Positions 9,440-19,600 of a DNA stretch of 64,000 bases are shown one piece after another. The notes below the pieces were generated by a model. It was not told the DNA's origin. It did not search any database and was given only the letters and a program-made list of their open reading frames with translations. Position numbers and translations under genes: made by a program. The number at the start of each line of letters is the position of its first letter. The stretch's first letter is position 1. The stretch is from a virus. The stretch is from positions 6,348-70,347 of the IMG/VR virus record IMGVR_UViG_3300045135_001049; one strand, given 5' to 3'.

Positions 9440-9960
9440 CTCAGGACTTAGAACACGCACCCCCCTCAGAAAAAAGGGACGTTACATCAGCAACCACGGG
9501 GGGTAGTCGGTCGCGTAAGCGGACGAGGGGGAGTAATGCCCTCTTACAAAATTTTAAAAATTTCCCACATGAAGTTGTTGAGAACTGTTCTCATTTAGGT
9601 ATGCAGAATTGCACACCTAGAATTTTTTAGGGGGTGTGCAGAATTGCGCACCTTGTATATATAAATATATGTAGTATGTTTTGCGCACCCTGTATCTTTA
9701 TACAGTGAAACTACCCTTTCACAAACACCCAACTAGTGAAAATATAATTGGTATATTAATCCCTAGTTCCCTTCCTTACAGGGAATACAGTCCCATATTT
9801 GCTTGACCCATACATAACCCATTTGACACTATAATGTCCTTTATATGACTCATTACGTCACAATAGACATAATAATGTCCCTTATCTGTCACCTTAGCTA
9901 AGCTGTGTTAGTTTAAAATAATTTAGGTTATTGTCCTGTAATGTCCGTGCAAGTACTGTG
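9440..9960. other. divergent intergenic region; probable genome terminus / terminal-repeat junction
   Basis: Strand switch between early genes (leftward) and late genes (rightward); in N4 gene order the genome ends lie between these blocks; rich in inverted and direct repeats. Confidence 0.55.
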
Positions 9961-9966
9961 CAAGGG

Positions 9967-9995
9967 TTGCGCAATAAGTGTGCAAGGGTTATAAT
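9967..9995 (+). promoter_or_regulatory. sigma70-like promoter
   Basis: TTGCGC-17 nt-TATAAT upstream of AGGAG/ATG 10022. Confidence 0.65.
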
Positions 9996-10021
9996 GCATA
10001 CATAGAAACTAGGAGATTGAT

Positions 10022-10204
10022 ATGCAAGTTATTGAAGAAGTAGAGCACGAAGATGGTTCGGCTACCTACACAATTGATATGACTGAGGAAGAGCGTAAGG
10101 CTGTAATGGAGCAAGGCCTATTATGGATGGTCGTTGCTGGTATTACTGAAGTTACCCCTACTGCAGTACTAGAAGCGTACATGCAGGAGAAAGATAATGG
10201 ATAA
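10022..10204 (+). CDS. hypothetical protein
   Basis: EHEDGSAT motif common in small phage ORFs; AGGAG SD. Confidence 0.7.
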   Translation: MQVIEEVEHEDGSATYTIDMTEEERKAVMEQGLLWMVVAGITEVTPTAVLEAYMQEKDNG

Positions 10205-10418
10205 TAACCAAACTATAATTGACTGGAAAGCAATAGAGAGTACTGCTCCTGGCAGCGTTATTGAAATACCAGAATACTCAGAATGGGTTTGTTACCTATT
10301 TGGAGGTAAACCGGATAACGGCATTATATGGCGACCACTAAAAGGAGAACATCCTAATTGGTTCTGGCGTAAGATGCAGTATTTTTGTTTTGGTAATAAG
10401 TGGGTAAAAGATGAGTAA
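10197..10418 (+). CDS. hypothetical protein
   Basis: PNWFWRKMQYFCFGNKW motif; overlapping operon. Confidence 0.7.
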   Translation: MDNNQTIIDWKAIESTAPGSVIEIPEYSEWVCYLFGGKPDNGIIWRPLKGEHPNWFWRKMQYFCFGNKWVKDE

Positions 10419-10593
10419 CCTAGTTAGATTTGTAAGAGTAGATGGTAATTTTAGAGATACTGTTTATATCAACCCTGATCGTGTTGCATACATAAAAGAG
10501 GGGAACTACCCCACCATATACCTGGATGCCGGTTACTTCATGAAGGTAGAAGGAAGTATAAAAGAAATAACAGATAAACTAGTAGGTAACTAA
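10411..10593 (+). CDS. hypothetical protein (FlbD-like small fold)
   Basis: VYINPDRVAYI...TIYL...VEGSIKEI pattern. Confidence 0.6.
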   Translation: MSNLVRFVRVDGNFRDTVYINPDRVAYIKEGNYPTIYLDAGYFMKVEGSIKEITDKLVGN

Positions 10594-10594
10594 G

Positions 10595-10981
10595 ATGAGT
10601 GTATCGTACTCTACTAACTGGATGGGTCCTGTATCTATGCAGTGGTACAAAGATCGTGGACTTACTGTTGGTATCTGCGAGAAACTAGGGGAAGACAGAG
10701 TGTTCTTTCCTAAGGGCTACAAAGCAGGTGACTGGTGGGAATACGATCAGATTACTACTAATTACTGTGCTGGACGTATTGATATCCGAGATAGTAGCAA
10801 GGAAGGTTACGATGGATGGGATGAATACAGCCTAGCTCCTATGCACTGCGAAGACTGGAATGCTCTTAGCGACTTCCTCTGGGATTTGCATGGTGAGACT
10901 GTAATACCGTACGATTCTTTAATCATGTTGTTTGAAGCGTGGTACGGCAAGAAAATTAGATGGTGGATTGATGAAGAGTAA
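10595..10981 (+). CDS. hypothetical protein
   Basis: 128-aa ORF in a tightly packed operon. Confidence 0.7.
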   Translation: MSVSYSTNWMGPVSMQWYKDRGLTVGICEKLGEDRVFFPKGYKAGDWWEYDQITTNYCAGRIDIRDSSKEGYDGWDEYSLAPMHCEDWNALSDFLWDLHGETVIPYDSLIMLFEAWYGKKIRWWIDEE

Positions 10982-11037
10982 ACTGTATTGGCAGCTCCGT
11001 AAGGCAATGACCTACAAGAGTATGAAGATGGGCTCTA

Positions 11038-11325
11038 TTGTTACTAGCTTTCGCCCTCACAAGTATGCACCAATTAAAATGCGTACTTACCCATGTAACA
11101 GATGGGGGGCGGGGTACTGGAGAAACAAACCTAGGAGATCAGTACTTGACTAAGAGATACGAAATTGCAGACGTCAGATTTAATAGTGGTATGGGCGCTG
11201 TCCTGTGTGACATATGTGGCATCATTATTAAGACTGGGTTTGACCATGAAGACAAACAGCACTTATGTCCAAGTTGCGCACTGGATGAGTTAGCAAGGCT
11301 GACACAGGAAATGGGATTAGAATGA
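11038..11325 (+). CDS. small Zn-finger protein (start probably downstream of 11038)
   Basis: RFNSGMGAVLCDICGIIIK...HLCPSC: two CxxC motifs. Confidence 0.55.
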   Translation: MLLAFALTSMHQLKCVLTHVTDGGRGTGETNLGDQYLTKRYEIADVRFNSGMGAVLCDICGIIIKTGFDHEDKQHLCPSCALDELARLTQEMGLE

Positions 11326-11528
11326 TTGCACACTTACCCAAACATTGGGTTGCCGGTATTTGTAAAGAGGAAGAGTGGGTTGGAGAGTTCTACGCTACCC
11401 CTGATGAGTTACTGGTATGGTGTGAAGACGAGTTTCAAGATGAGCTTGTCGTGCAATTAGTATTAGATCTGTGTGATGCACAGAAAGTATATGAAGAATG
11501 GTGGGAGAGAGTAAGGAAAAATGACTGA
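11322..11528 (+). CDS. hypothetical protein
   Basis: 68-aa ORF overlapping both neighbours. Confidence 0.55.
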   Translation: MIAHLPKHWVAGICKEEEWVGEFYATPDELLVWCEDEFQDELVVQLVLDLCDAQKVYEEWWERVRKND

Positions 11529-12240
11529 TTATTATGAAATACACCCATTAGCTAATATCGTAGCAATGGCAGGAACACGAGAGCAGCAAGCTCTTACACA
11601 AGACATATTGCGCAATGGACAGAACGAACCTGCTGTGTTGTGGCGTGGTAAGATTGTAGACGGTAGATGTAGACAGCTTGCATGTACAACGCTGGGCATT
11701 CCTCTGGAGACTCGTGCGTTAGGTGACAAGCTTACAGAAGAAGAAGTAGCCAAGGTTGTTAAGAGTTTGAATACTCGCCGTAACTTGACAGAAACACAGA
11801 AGATCGTTAGTGGTTACCTAGATCAACAACGAACCGGACAAACAAACGGGCAAATTGCAGAGGAATGGGCGGTATCCGTTCGTAGTCTGCAGAACTTCAA
11901 GCTAGTAGCTACGGCACGTCCAGAACTAGTGGAGCCTTTGTTTAACGGTGACAGTGTTGTGGTCATTGATCCGGACAAAGGTTACGAGGTTACTACTAAT
12001 AAAGTTAACACCTTAGCTCGTATTGTTAAGATGGAGCAGGAGAAAGGTCGGGTAAAAGTAGTGAAGCCTGAAGAAGTAGAAGCAATGCAGTACAGCGTTA
12101 ACAACTTGATTAGTACTGAACTAGGCAGAGCAGAACACAGAGACCTAGTGGCTGCTTTTAAACACACTGGTAATAAAGAGCAGATGTTTAGCGCAATGGC
12201 TGCTGAGCTGATGAACTACAAATACCAGGTTGCTGAATAA
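11521..12240 (+). CDS. ParB/Srx N-terminal domain protein with HTH
   Basis: IHPLA...DILRNGQNEP...IVDGRCRQLAC...SLNTRRNLTETQK (ParB-like) followed by QIAEEWAVSVRSLQ (HTH). Confidence 0.8.
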   Translation: MTDYYEIHPLANIVAMAGTREQQALTQDILRNGQNEPAVLWRGKIVDGRCRQLACTTLGIPLETRALGDKLTEEEVAKVVKSLNTRRNLTETQKIVSGYLDQQRTGQTNGQIAEEWAVSVRSLQNFKLVATARPELVEPLFNGDSVVVIDPDKGYEVTTNKVNTLARIVKMEQEKGRVKVVKPEEVEAMQYSVNNLISTELGRAEHRDLVAAFKHTGNKEQMFSAMAAELMNYKYQVAE

Positions 12241-12455
12241 TGACTAGCGAAGAAGCAACAAAGCATAAGCTTAGACAGATACGTGATATGTATATGGTTA
12301 TGGGTACCCCATTTAATGAAGACTATGAATGGGGGTTCTATAATGGTGTAGAAATTGCACTGGCTATGTTAGAGCAGCGTCCTGCGTTTTATATAGACAA
12401 AGAAGGTAAGCATAACCCACAAGACATAGCTAACTACCCTGAGTATTTCCTTTAG
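12240..12455 (+). CDS. hypothetical protein ending YPEYFL
   Basis: YEWGFYNGVEIALAMLEQRPAFY conserved-looking motif; TAATG-coupled. Confidence 0.7.
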   Translation: MTSEEATKHKLRQIRDMYMVMGTPFNEDYEWGFYNGVEIALAMLEQRPAFYIDKEGKHNPQDIANYPEYFL

Positions 12456-12465
12456 GAATAAGTAA

Positions 12466-12474
12466 TGCTATAAT
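12466..12474 (+). promoter_or_regulatory. extended -10 promoter
   Basis: TGcTATAAT. Confidence 0.55.
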
Positions 12475-12646
12475 GGACACATTTATTTAACCCAAGAAAC
12501 CCTTATAAATGAGTGCGTTATGCAAGAAGAATTAGAAAAAAGACTACGCAGAGAAAATGGTAGCTTAACCTACGAAGAGATTTTAGAAATTTTAGAGGCA
12601 GAACTATATGACAGTATTGATAGTCCGTACAAGCCTCTAAACTTTC

Positions 12647-13084
12647 ATGACGATGATGAAGATTTCTAAGGAAGGCCTTAGTCTAGAAGAAGATGTAGGC
12701 ATACTGTATTTAGTATACTTTGAGCTAGATGGTAAGCAGCTAGTTAAAATTGGCGTAACAGCTAGGACTATAGAAGAACGAGTATCAGAAATACTCATCA
12801 GCATATTTAAGAAATACCGAGAGTTCCCTTACTGCAGGCCTAAGAGATTTCGTAAGACTGGGAACGTATACGAAAAAGAGGCTCAGCTTCATGCATACTT
12901 TAAAGAGTATAGCTATGAGCCCGCCAACAAGTTTAGTGGATCAACTGAATTCTTTGACATTGACCTGGATAAGGTTGTTGAGGTGTATGAGAATCTACTA
13001 GATGGGAAGGAATTACATGAAAGTGGACAAGAGCAAGATCAGAACTCCGGACGAGGAGTATGCGTATCTATGGGCGAAGCTTGA
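12647..13084 (+). CDS. GIY-YIG superfamily nuclease (T5orf172/MUG113-like)
   Basis: LYLVYF...VKIGVT...R...EAQLH...SGSTEFF. Confidence 0.8.
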   Translation: MTMMKISKEGLSLEEDVGILYLVYFELDGKQLVKIGVTARTIEERVSEILISIFKKYREFPYCRPKRFRKTGNVYEKEAQLHAYFKEYSYEPANKFSGSTEFFDIDLDKVVEVYENLLDGKELHESGQEQDQNSGRGVCVSMGEA

Positions 13085-13235
13085 CACTATAGGAAACTTC
13101 TTTGCATGGGAAGTACACCCTAATGTTGTACGTAATGCAGACATGCAACGCAAAAAGATTTGGAAAAAACTTCAATTACTGGTTGACTCACCAGAATTCC
13201 AGGAATATAATCCATGGTATAAAGTCAATTCATAA
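13017..13235 (+). CDS. hypothetical protein
   Basis: AAGGA SD before ATG 13017; overlaps the tail of the GIY-YIG ORF. Confidence 0.55.
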   Translation: MKVDKSKIRTPDEEYAYLWAKLDTIGNFFAWEVHPNVVRNADMQRKKIWKKLQLLVDSPEFQEYNPWYKVNS

Positions 13236-13281
13236 GACCCTCCCCCCCAATAATAATAATATACTCTCTCCTTGTTTTTAC

Positions 13282-13308
13282 AGCCCCTTGCTTAGGGGCT
13301 TATTTTTT
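13282..13308 (+). terminator. rho-independent terminator
   Basis: AGCCCCT-TGCTT-AGGGGCT then TATTTTTT. Confidence 0.8.
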
Positions 13309-13357
13309 GTTATACTCCAGAAAAACATACACCCCTATACATATAATGGAGTAAATA

Positions 13358-14080
13358 ATGGGTCAGCTACTGACAATTGATGAAGTCAAACAGGCAATGC
13401 CTAAGAAAAAGAACTTCATTACCCAAGAAGCAGTGGATATTATTAACAAATCTATGAATGATCCTGAATTTCAGGGTGAATCACTGCTACAAACTGCGTC
13501 AACTTACGAGGCAGTATTAAAAGGTGCGCGAGCATCGGTACCAGAGTACCTAAATGCCATTAGATTCTGCGCATATATGACAACAAATGACTCAAATTAC
13601 ACGGAAGCTTACAAAAAAGTGTTTGCTGACCGTGATTTTGTGAAAGATCGCATTAATCTACCAACAACAGACCCAAAATACGCAGAATTAACCTCTGCAG
13701 CGTCAAGATACCGTAGAACTAAGCTAGTAACAGACATTCTTACTGCAAGTCAAGTACCATTAGACCTAATTTTTACCGGCCATCGCTACAAAGCTATTGG
13801 AATTCTTGCGGATGTTATGGAAAATGGGCGATATGACCGCGATCGTATCAATGCTGCTAAAGAATTACTTGCTGCCACCAAAGGACCAGACAACGTTAAG
13901 ATTGAATTAGACGTTGGTGTTAGTGAATCTAGTGCAGTACAGCAGCTTAACGACCAACTTGCAGAGATTGCAGGTCGATCACTTAAGCATCTTGAAGCAG
14001 GAGCCACTAGTTTGAACGAACTTGGTGCAATGAAAGTAGTTGATGACGACATCATTGAAGGTGAGTTTACAAATGGTTAA
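13358..14080 (+). CDS. N4 gp69-like protein (probable terminase small subunit)
   Basis: Position upstream of terminase; YLNAIRFC...AYKKVF...DRINAAKELL...KIELDVG pattern of N4 gp69 homologues. Confidence 0.75.
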   Translation: MGQLLTIDEVKQAMPKKKNFITQEAVDIINKSMNDPEFQGESLLQTASTYEAVLKGARASVPEYLNAIRFCAYMTTNDSNYTEAYKKVFADRDFVKDRINLPTTDPKYAELTSAASRYRRTKLVTDILTASQVPLDLIFTGHRYKAIGILADVMENGRYDRDRINAAKELLAATKGPDNVKIELDVGVSESSAVQQLNDQLAEIAGRSLKHLEAGATSLNELGAMKVVDDDIIEGEFTNG

Positions 14081-14285
14081 TTCTACTACAACTGCAGTAA
14101 CAGGTTCTATTACATCTAGTCCTTACTTAGTACAGGGTGATATTATGCCTGCTTCATTACATATCGAGGAAGAAGGTAGTATTAGCTTAGGCGATGACTT
14201 TACTATTAGTGTCAAAGAGTTGCGAGCTTGTATTAAAGCAATGCGTGATATTGCACGTCAAGAGTATCCTGAGGACTTTATCTAA
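14073..14285 (+). CDS. hypothetical protein ending YPEDFI
   Basis: Overlaps the gp69-like stop and the terminase start (TAATG). Confidence 0.6.
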   Translation: MVNSTTTAVTGSITSSPYLVQGDIMPASLHIEEEGSISLGDDFTISVKELRACIKAMRDIARQEYPEDFI

Positions 14286-15850
14286 TGTCAGAACAATATG
14301 TGCCAAGTGCGGAGGCAATGAAGTTTATTGCATTTATCCGAGCAGCCAACGTTGAAGACAACGCCAACGCCGAGATCCACTACAGACTAGCTGATAAGTA
14401 CTTTGGTACTGACAAGCAAGTATTAATTGAAGCATTCCGTGGTAGCGCAAAGTCTACTATGATGGAGTGGTTAGTAATTTACATTGCTGCTATGGGGAAT
14501 CTGCATAACTTTGGTAGGGTAAACTTTATTGCATTTATTGGTGACTCTATGGAAAACGGTACAAAAAACTTTTTCCGTAACGTTGTTGGTAAAATTGATA
14601 AATCTGAACTACTAAAACAGTTAATTAAGATCAAACGTAAGACTGATTCGGAGCTAGAATTAGAAAATGCTGATGGTGTTGAACTTAACCTCAAAGGCTA
14701 TGGCGCTAGTACAAACATTCGTGGTGTTCGTTATAAAGGCGCTCGTCCTGATATTGTTATCCTTGACGACATTACTACTAACGATGCTATTAATTCTGAG
14801 ACCATCCAAAACACAATCAACGATAACTTTTATAAATCAGTTATTCCGGCATTGCATCCAACCCGATATAAGATATTTTTCATTGGTACACCAATATCTG
14901 AACGAGATATTATTCATCAGCTTAGTGACAACCCTAAATGGGTAGTGCATAAGTTTCCTATTGCTGAGAAGTTTCCATGTGATGCGCAAGAGTTTGTAGG
15001 TAACTGGGAAGACCGATTCCCTTACGATGCGGTATTAGAAAAGTACGAAATGTACAAAGCTGCTGGTAAAGCCCAAGACTTCTACCAAGAATTTATGTTA
15101 GAAATCACGGACTTAACCACACTTCTTGTTGAAGAAGAAGACATACAGTGGTTTGATCCTTCTATTATTAAGAAGAATAAAGAGAGTTATAACTTCTACA
15201 TATCCACTGACTTTGCAACTAGTACTAAGAAATCTGCTGACTTTTCTACTATTGGTGTGTGGGCAATATCTAGCAATAATGACTGGTTACTTGTAGATGG
15301 TCAATGTATGCGTCAAACAATGCAAGAAAACATTGATGATCTGTTCCGTTACGTTAAGAAATGGAACCCGCTAAGCGTGGGCATAGAAAGCTCAGGGCAG
15401 CAGGGGGGCTTTATATCTATCATGCAAGAAATGATGATGAAGCGTAACGTATGGTTTACGTTTGCTAAGAAACCTGGCAGTAAAGATGTAGGTATTCGTC
15501 CTAACAAAGACAAGATCCACAGATTTGTTACAGGCGTACAGCCTAAATTTAAGCAGAACAAGATCTGGTTGCCTAAACCTGAAATGGCCAAACTTACCTC
15601 CCCTAGATTAGTGGAACTAGTTGAGGAAATGCACCATGAGCTTAGTAGACTCACGTTAGCTGGTGGTGTTAAAGCGTTAGCGCATGATGATGCTATAGAT
15701 TTGCTAAACCAGTTATCAGAAATGGATATTTACTTGCCATCAGAAAGTGCTGGCAGTATGTCGTCTACTGTTACTGAAGATGGGCTTATCTGGGAATCAA
15801 TATGGGAAGACGAAGACGAAGATTATACAGTTAATAGTACAGTGTTTTAA
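14285..15850 (+). CDS. terL: terminase large subunit (N4 gp68-like)
   Basis: Walker A AFRGSAKST, IRG, Walker B IVILDD, GTP coupling motif, RNaseH-like STDFA and HDDAID. Confidence 0.95.
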   Translation: MSEQYVPSAEAMKFIAFIRAANVEDNANAEIHYRLADKYFGTDKQVLIEAFRGSAKSTMMEWLVIYIAAMGNLHNFGRVNFIAFIGDSMENGTKNFFRNVVGKIDKSELLKQLIKIKRKTDSELELENADGVELNLKGYGASTNIRGVRYKGARPDIVILDDITTNDAINSETIQNTINDNFYKSVIPALHPTRYKIFFIGTPISERDIIHQLSDNPKWVVHKFPIAEKFPCDAQEFVGNWEDRFPYDAVLEKYEMYKAAGKAQDFYQEFMLEITDLTTLLVEEEDIQWFDPSIIKKNKESYNFYISTDFATSTKKSADFSTIGVWAISSNNDWLLVDGQCMRQTMQENIDDLFRYVKKWNPLSVGIESSGQQGGFISIMQEMMMKRNVWFTFAKKPGSKDVGIRPNKDKIHRFVTGVQPKFKQNKIWLPKPEMAKLTSPRLVELVEEMHHELSRLTLAGGVKALAHDDAIDLLNQLSEMDIYLPSESAGSMSSTVTEDGLIWESIWEDEDEDYTVNSTVF

Positions 15851-15858
15851 GTATTATG

Positions 15859-15944
15859 TGGTATAATACGTAAATGAGCACAGTAAAATTAGGTAGCGTA
15901 ATTATAGGGATATGATTGACTTCAAAAGTAAAAACCACTATAAT
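15859..15944 (+). promoter_or_regulatory. tandem sigma70-like promoters
   Basis: TGgTATAAT at 15859-15867 and TTGACT-17 nt-TATAAT at 15916-15944. Confidence 0.75.
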
Positions 15945-16022
15945 TACGCTTACATACTATAGTCAAATCTTAGTAGCACCTATCTAGACTACTAGCTCCA
16001 GCTAAACTTATAGGAATTTATA

Positions 16023-16646
16023 ATGAAAGTACAAGAGGTAGTAGACATAGCTCGCTACAGCGAATTAGCCAGTGTTGCTGTAAAAGACAATACTGCTGCT
16101 ATCGTATCCTTTCTAAATCTAGGGATGGTTGAGTTATACACTCGATTTCCAATTAAAACAGAAGAACATCTAGTAGAGCTTCAAGAAAATACTACTATGT
16201 ACGAAATGCCTGCAGACTTTATGTACGCATTATCGGCGTATGGTGAAGTGCCTGAAGACGCGCCTAAAACGGATACTCTAAGACCAGTACCAATTAATGA
16301 AGAAGATGATCCGTATAGTATCTTTTTTCCTGACTGGAACACAGTACAGATTCCTGCAGTTGCTAATGGTTCTTACATTTCTATTATTTATGTTGCTAAG
16401 CCTGCTACTATAACCCCAGATAACTTAGATGTTGAATTAGAGCTGCCTGATACTTTAATTGATGCTTTGGTAAGTTACATTGGCTACAGAGCTCACATGG
16501 GTATTAGGGGTGATGGACAATCCGATAATAACGCTCATTGGCAGCGATTTGATCGCAACTGCAAAAAAGCTAGAGAGTTGGGGGTGGCATTCCCTGTTGA
16601 TTCTTTAAGAATGAGTGAACGAATTACAGATAGAGGATTTGCTTAA
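16023..16646 (+). CDS. N4 gp67-like head-tail adaptor
   Basis: LNLGMVELYTRF...LPDTLIDALVSYIGYRA...RGF; follows terminase as in N4. Confidence 0.78.
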   Translation: MKVQEVVDIARYSELASVAVKDNTAAIVSFLNLGMVELYTRFPIKTEEHLVELQENTTMYEMPADFMYALSAYGEVPEDAPKTDTLRPVPINEEDDPYSIFFPDWNTVQIPAVANGSYISIIYVAKPATITPDNLDVELELPDTLIDALVSYIGYRAHMGIRGDGQSDNNAHWQRFDRNCKKARELGVAFPVDSLRMSERITDRGFA

Positions 16647-19600
16647 TGAGCAGACGCGTAAGTAGCCTAGATAAAACTACGGTTGGTATTGAACGTGATA
16701 TTGGTAGCCAGTACGACAATGTAAAAACTGTTGCTACAAATATTGATGACGTAGTACGTGTAGCTGATAGTATTGATAATATTGACCGCGTTGATCAAAG
16801 TATTGAAAACATCGATAGAGTGTTTGTGTCTATTGATAATGTTGATATTGTAGAAGATCATATTGACAATATTGACAGAGTAGCAATTAGCGCAGATCAT
16901 GTAGATGTAGTATCTACTAATATTGATGCTGTTCTTACTGTATCAGGTGATATTTCTAATGTAGTTAAAGTTGCAGAAGATTTAAATGAAGCTATTTCAG
17001 AAATTGAAACTGTAGCTAATGATTTAAACGAAACTACATCTGAAATCGAAACCGTAGCTTTTAGTATCGACAATGTTAATACTGTTGGTACCCACATTAC
17101 TAATGTAGATCGAGTTGCAACCTCTGCAGACAATGTTGACCGAGTGTCAACTTCTGCAGACAACTTAGATCGCGTATACACGTCTATTACTAATCTTGAT
17201 CGTGTATATACATCTATTGCGGAAGTAGACAGAGTATATTCTTCTATTACAGAAGTAGATCGTTTATACACCAGTATTGCTGAGATTGATCGAGTATACA
17301 CTTCAATTGGTAATTTAGACCGTGTACATACGTCAGTAGATAACCTAGATCGCGTTCATACAAGTATTGGTAATATTGATCGCGTAGAGGATTCAGCAGA
17401 CAATTTAGACCGCGTTCATACTTCGATTGATAATCTTGATCGTGTACACACAAGCATTGCAAATATCGACAGAGTAGAAGACTCAGCTGATAACTTAGAC
17501 CGTGTATTTACCTCTATCGACAATTTGGATAGAGTTTACACAAGTATTGATAATGTAGACCGTGTTGATCAATCTATTGCAGAAGTAGATAGAGTCTACA
17601 CTAGCATTGACAATCTAGATCGCGTTTACACCAGCATCGATAACTTGGACAGAGTTGATCAGAGTATTGACAACTTAGACCGAGTACATACTAGCATCGA
17701 CAATGTTGATAGAGTCGATCAAAGCATTGATAACGTAGACAGACTAGTTGTAGTAGACACTGAAGGTTCTGGCGTAGCTACTGTTGATTCTATCGATCGT
17801 CTTAACACCGGTACTACCCCTGATAATATTGATCGTCTTAATACTGGTGCAACAGCAAATAACATTGACCGTGTAGAAGATAGCGCAGACAACATTGACC
17901 GCTTACATACGTCTATTGCGGAGATTGATCGTCTTTACACTTCTGTTGACAATATCGATAGAGTTCACACTTCAATTGCTGAAGTAGATCGCGTATACAC
18001 CTCTATTGGCAATATTGATAGAGTCGACACGTCAATTGATAACTTAGATAGAGTACATACCAGTATTGATAAGCTGGACCGTGTACATACATCTATTGAT
18101 AAGTTAGACACTGTACATGATGATTTAACTCGCGTTGATACCGTAGCAGATAACATCCTAGATGTTAATCGTGTTGCAGATTCTGCCGACAATTTAGACA
18201 GAGTCCACACATCAGTAGACAACCTTGACCGAGTATACACATCTATTGACAATGTTGATCGTGTATCTACTTCTGCGGATAAACTAGACAGGGTACATAC
18301 TTCTATTGCTGAGGTAGATCGTGTTTATTCAAGTATTACAAATGTCGACCGTGTTTATACTTCTATTGATAACCTCGATAGAGTTTACACTAGCGTAGAT
18401 AACCTTGACAGGGTACATACTAGTATCGGTAACGTTGACCGTGTAGATGAATCTATCGATAAAGTTGACCGTGTATACACTAGTATTGACGAAGTAGACC
18501 GAGTTTATACTTCTATCGCTAATGTTGATCGTCTTAACGTTGTTGACTCGGATGGCTCACTAGTTGCTACGGTAGACTCTATTGACCGTCTAAACACAGG
18601 CGCTACTGCTAACAACATGGACCGATTAAACACCGGTTCTACTGCTAATAACATTGACAGAGTTGCTACTTCTGCTGATAAGCTTGACCGTGTACATACA
18701 TCGATCTCTGAACTAGATAGAGTTTATACCTCTATTGATAACTTGGATCGCGTTGATACATCGATCGATAACTTAGATCGGGTATACACTAGTATCGATA
18801 ACCTGGATAGAGTAGATCAGTCAATTGATTACATTGACAGACTACACACGTCTATTACAGAAATTGACCGCATCCACACATCTATCGCTAACCTAGATAG
18901 AGTGCATACTTCTGTTGATAACTTAGACAGAGTGCATACAAGTATTGACAATGTAGATACAGTTAACACTCATATCGCTAACGTAGATATTGTTGCAGAC
19001 AATATTGCAGATGTTAATACTGTTGCAACTGATATTGCTAAAGTAATTAAGGTAGCAGATGATCTTAATGAAGCTATTTCGGAAGTAGAAGTAGTTGCTA
19101 ACGACCTTAGTGAAACAACCTCTGAAATTGAAACTGTTGCAGGCAGCATTGCTAATGTTGATGCAGTAGGTACAGATATTGCCAATGTAAATACTGTTGC
19201 TGGTAGTATCACTAAAGTAAATACAGTTTCTGATTCTATTGACAACGTAAATCGTGTTTACACAAGCATTGCTAGCGTTGATAGATTAAACACTGGCAGT
19301 ACTGCAAACAATATGGATCGACTGACTACGTCAGCTGATAATATTGACAGAGTACATACCTCAATTACCGAAGTTGATAGACTTTACACGTCAATCGATA
19401 ACATTGACCGAGTTCACACTAGTATTGATAAGGTGGATAGGGTTAATACTTCAATCGATAATATCGATAGGGTTTATACTTCTATTGGTAATATTGATAT
19501 TGTTGAAGACCATATCACTAACATTGATACAGTTGCTGACAGCATCACAAATGCAAACACTGTAGCTACAGATATCGCAAACGTAAATACTGTTGCAACT

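Noticed and set aside
9418-9630. 70-aa plus-strand ORF in the divergent intergenic region
   Set aside because: No SD, atypical composition, overlaps repeats and hairpins; probably non-coding
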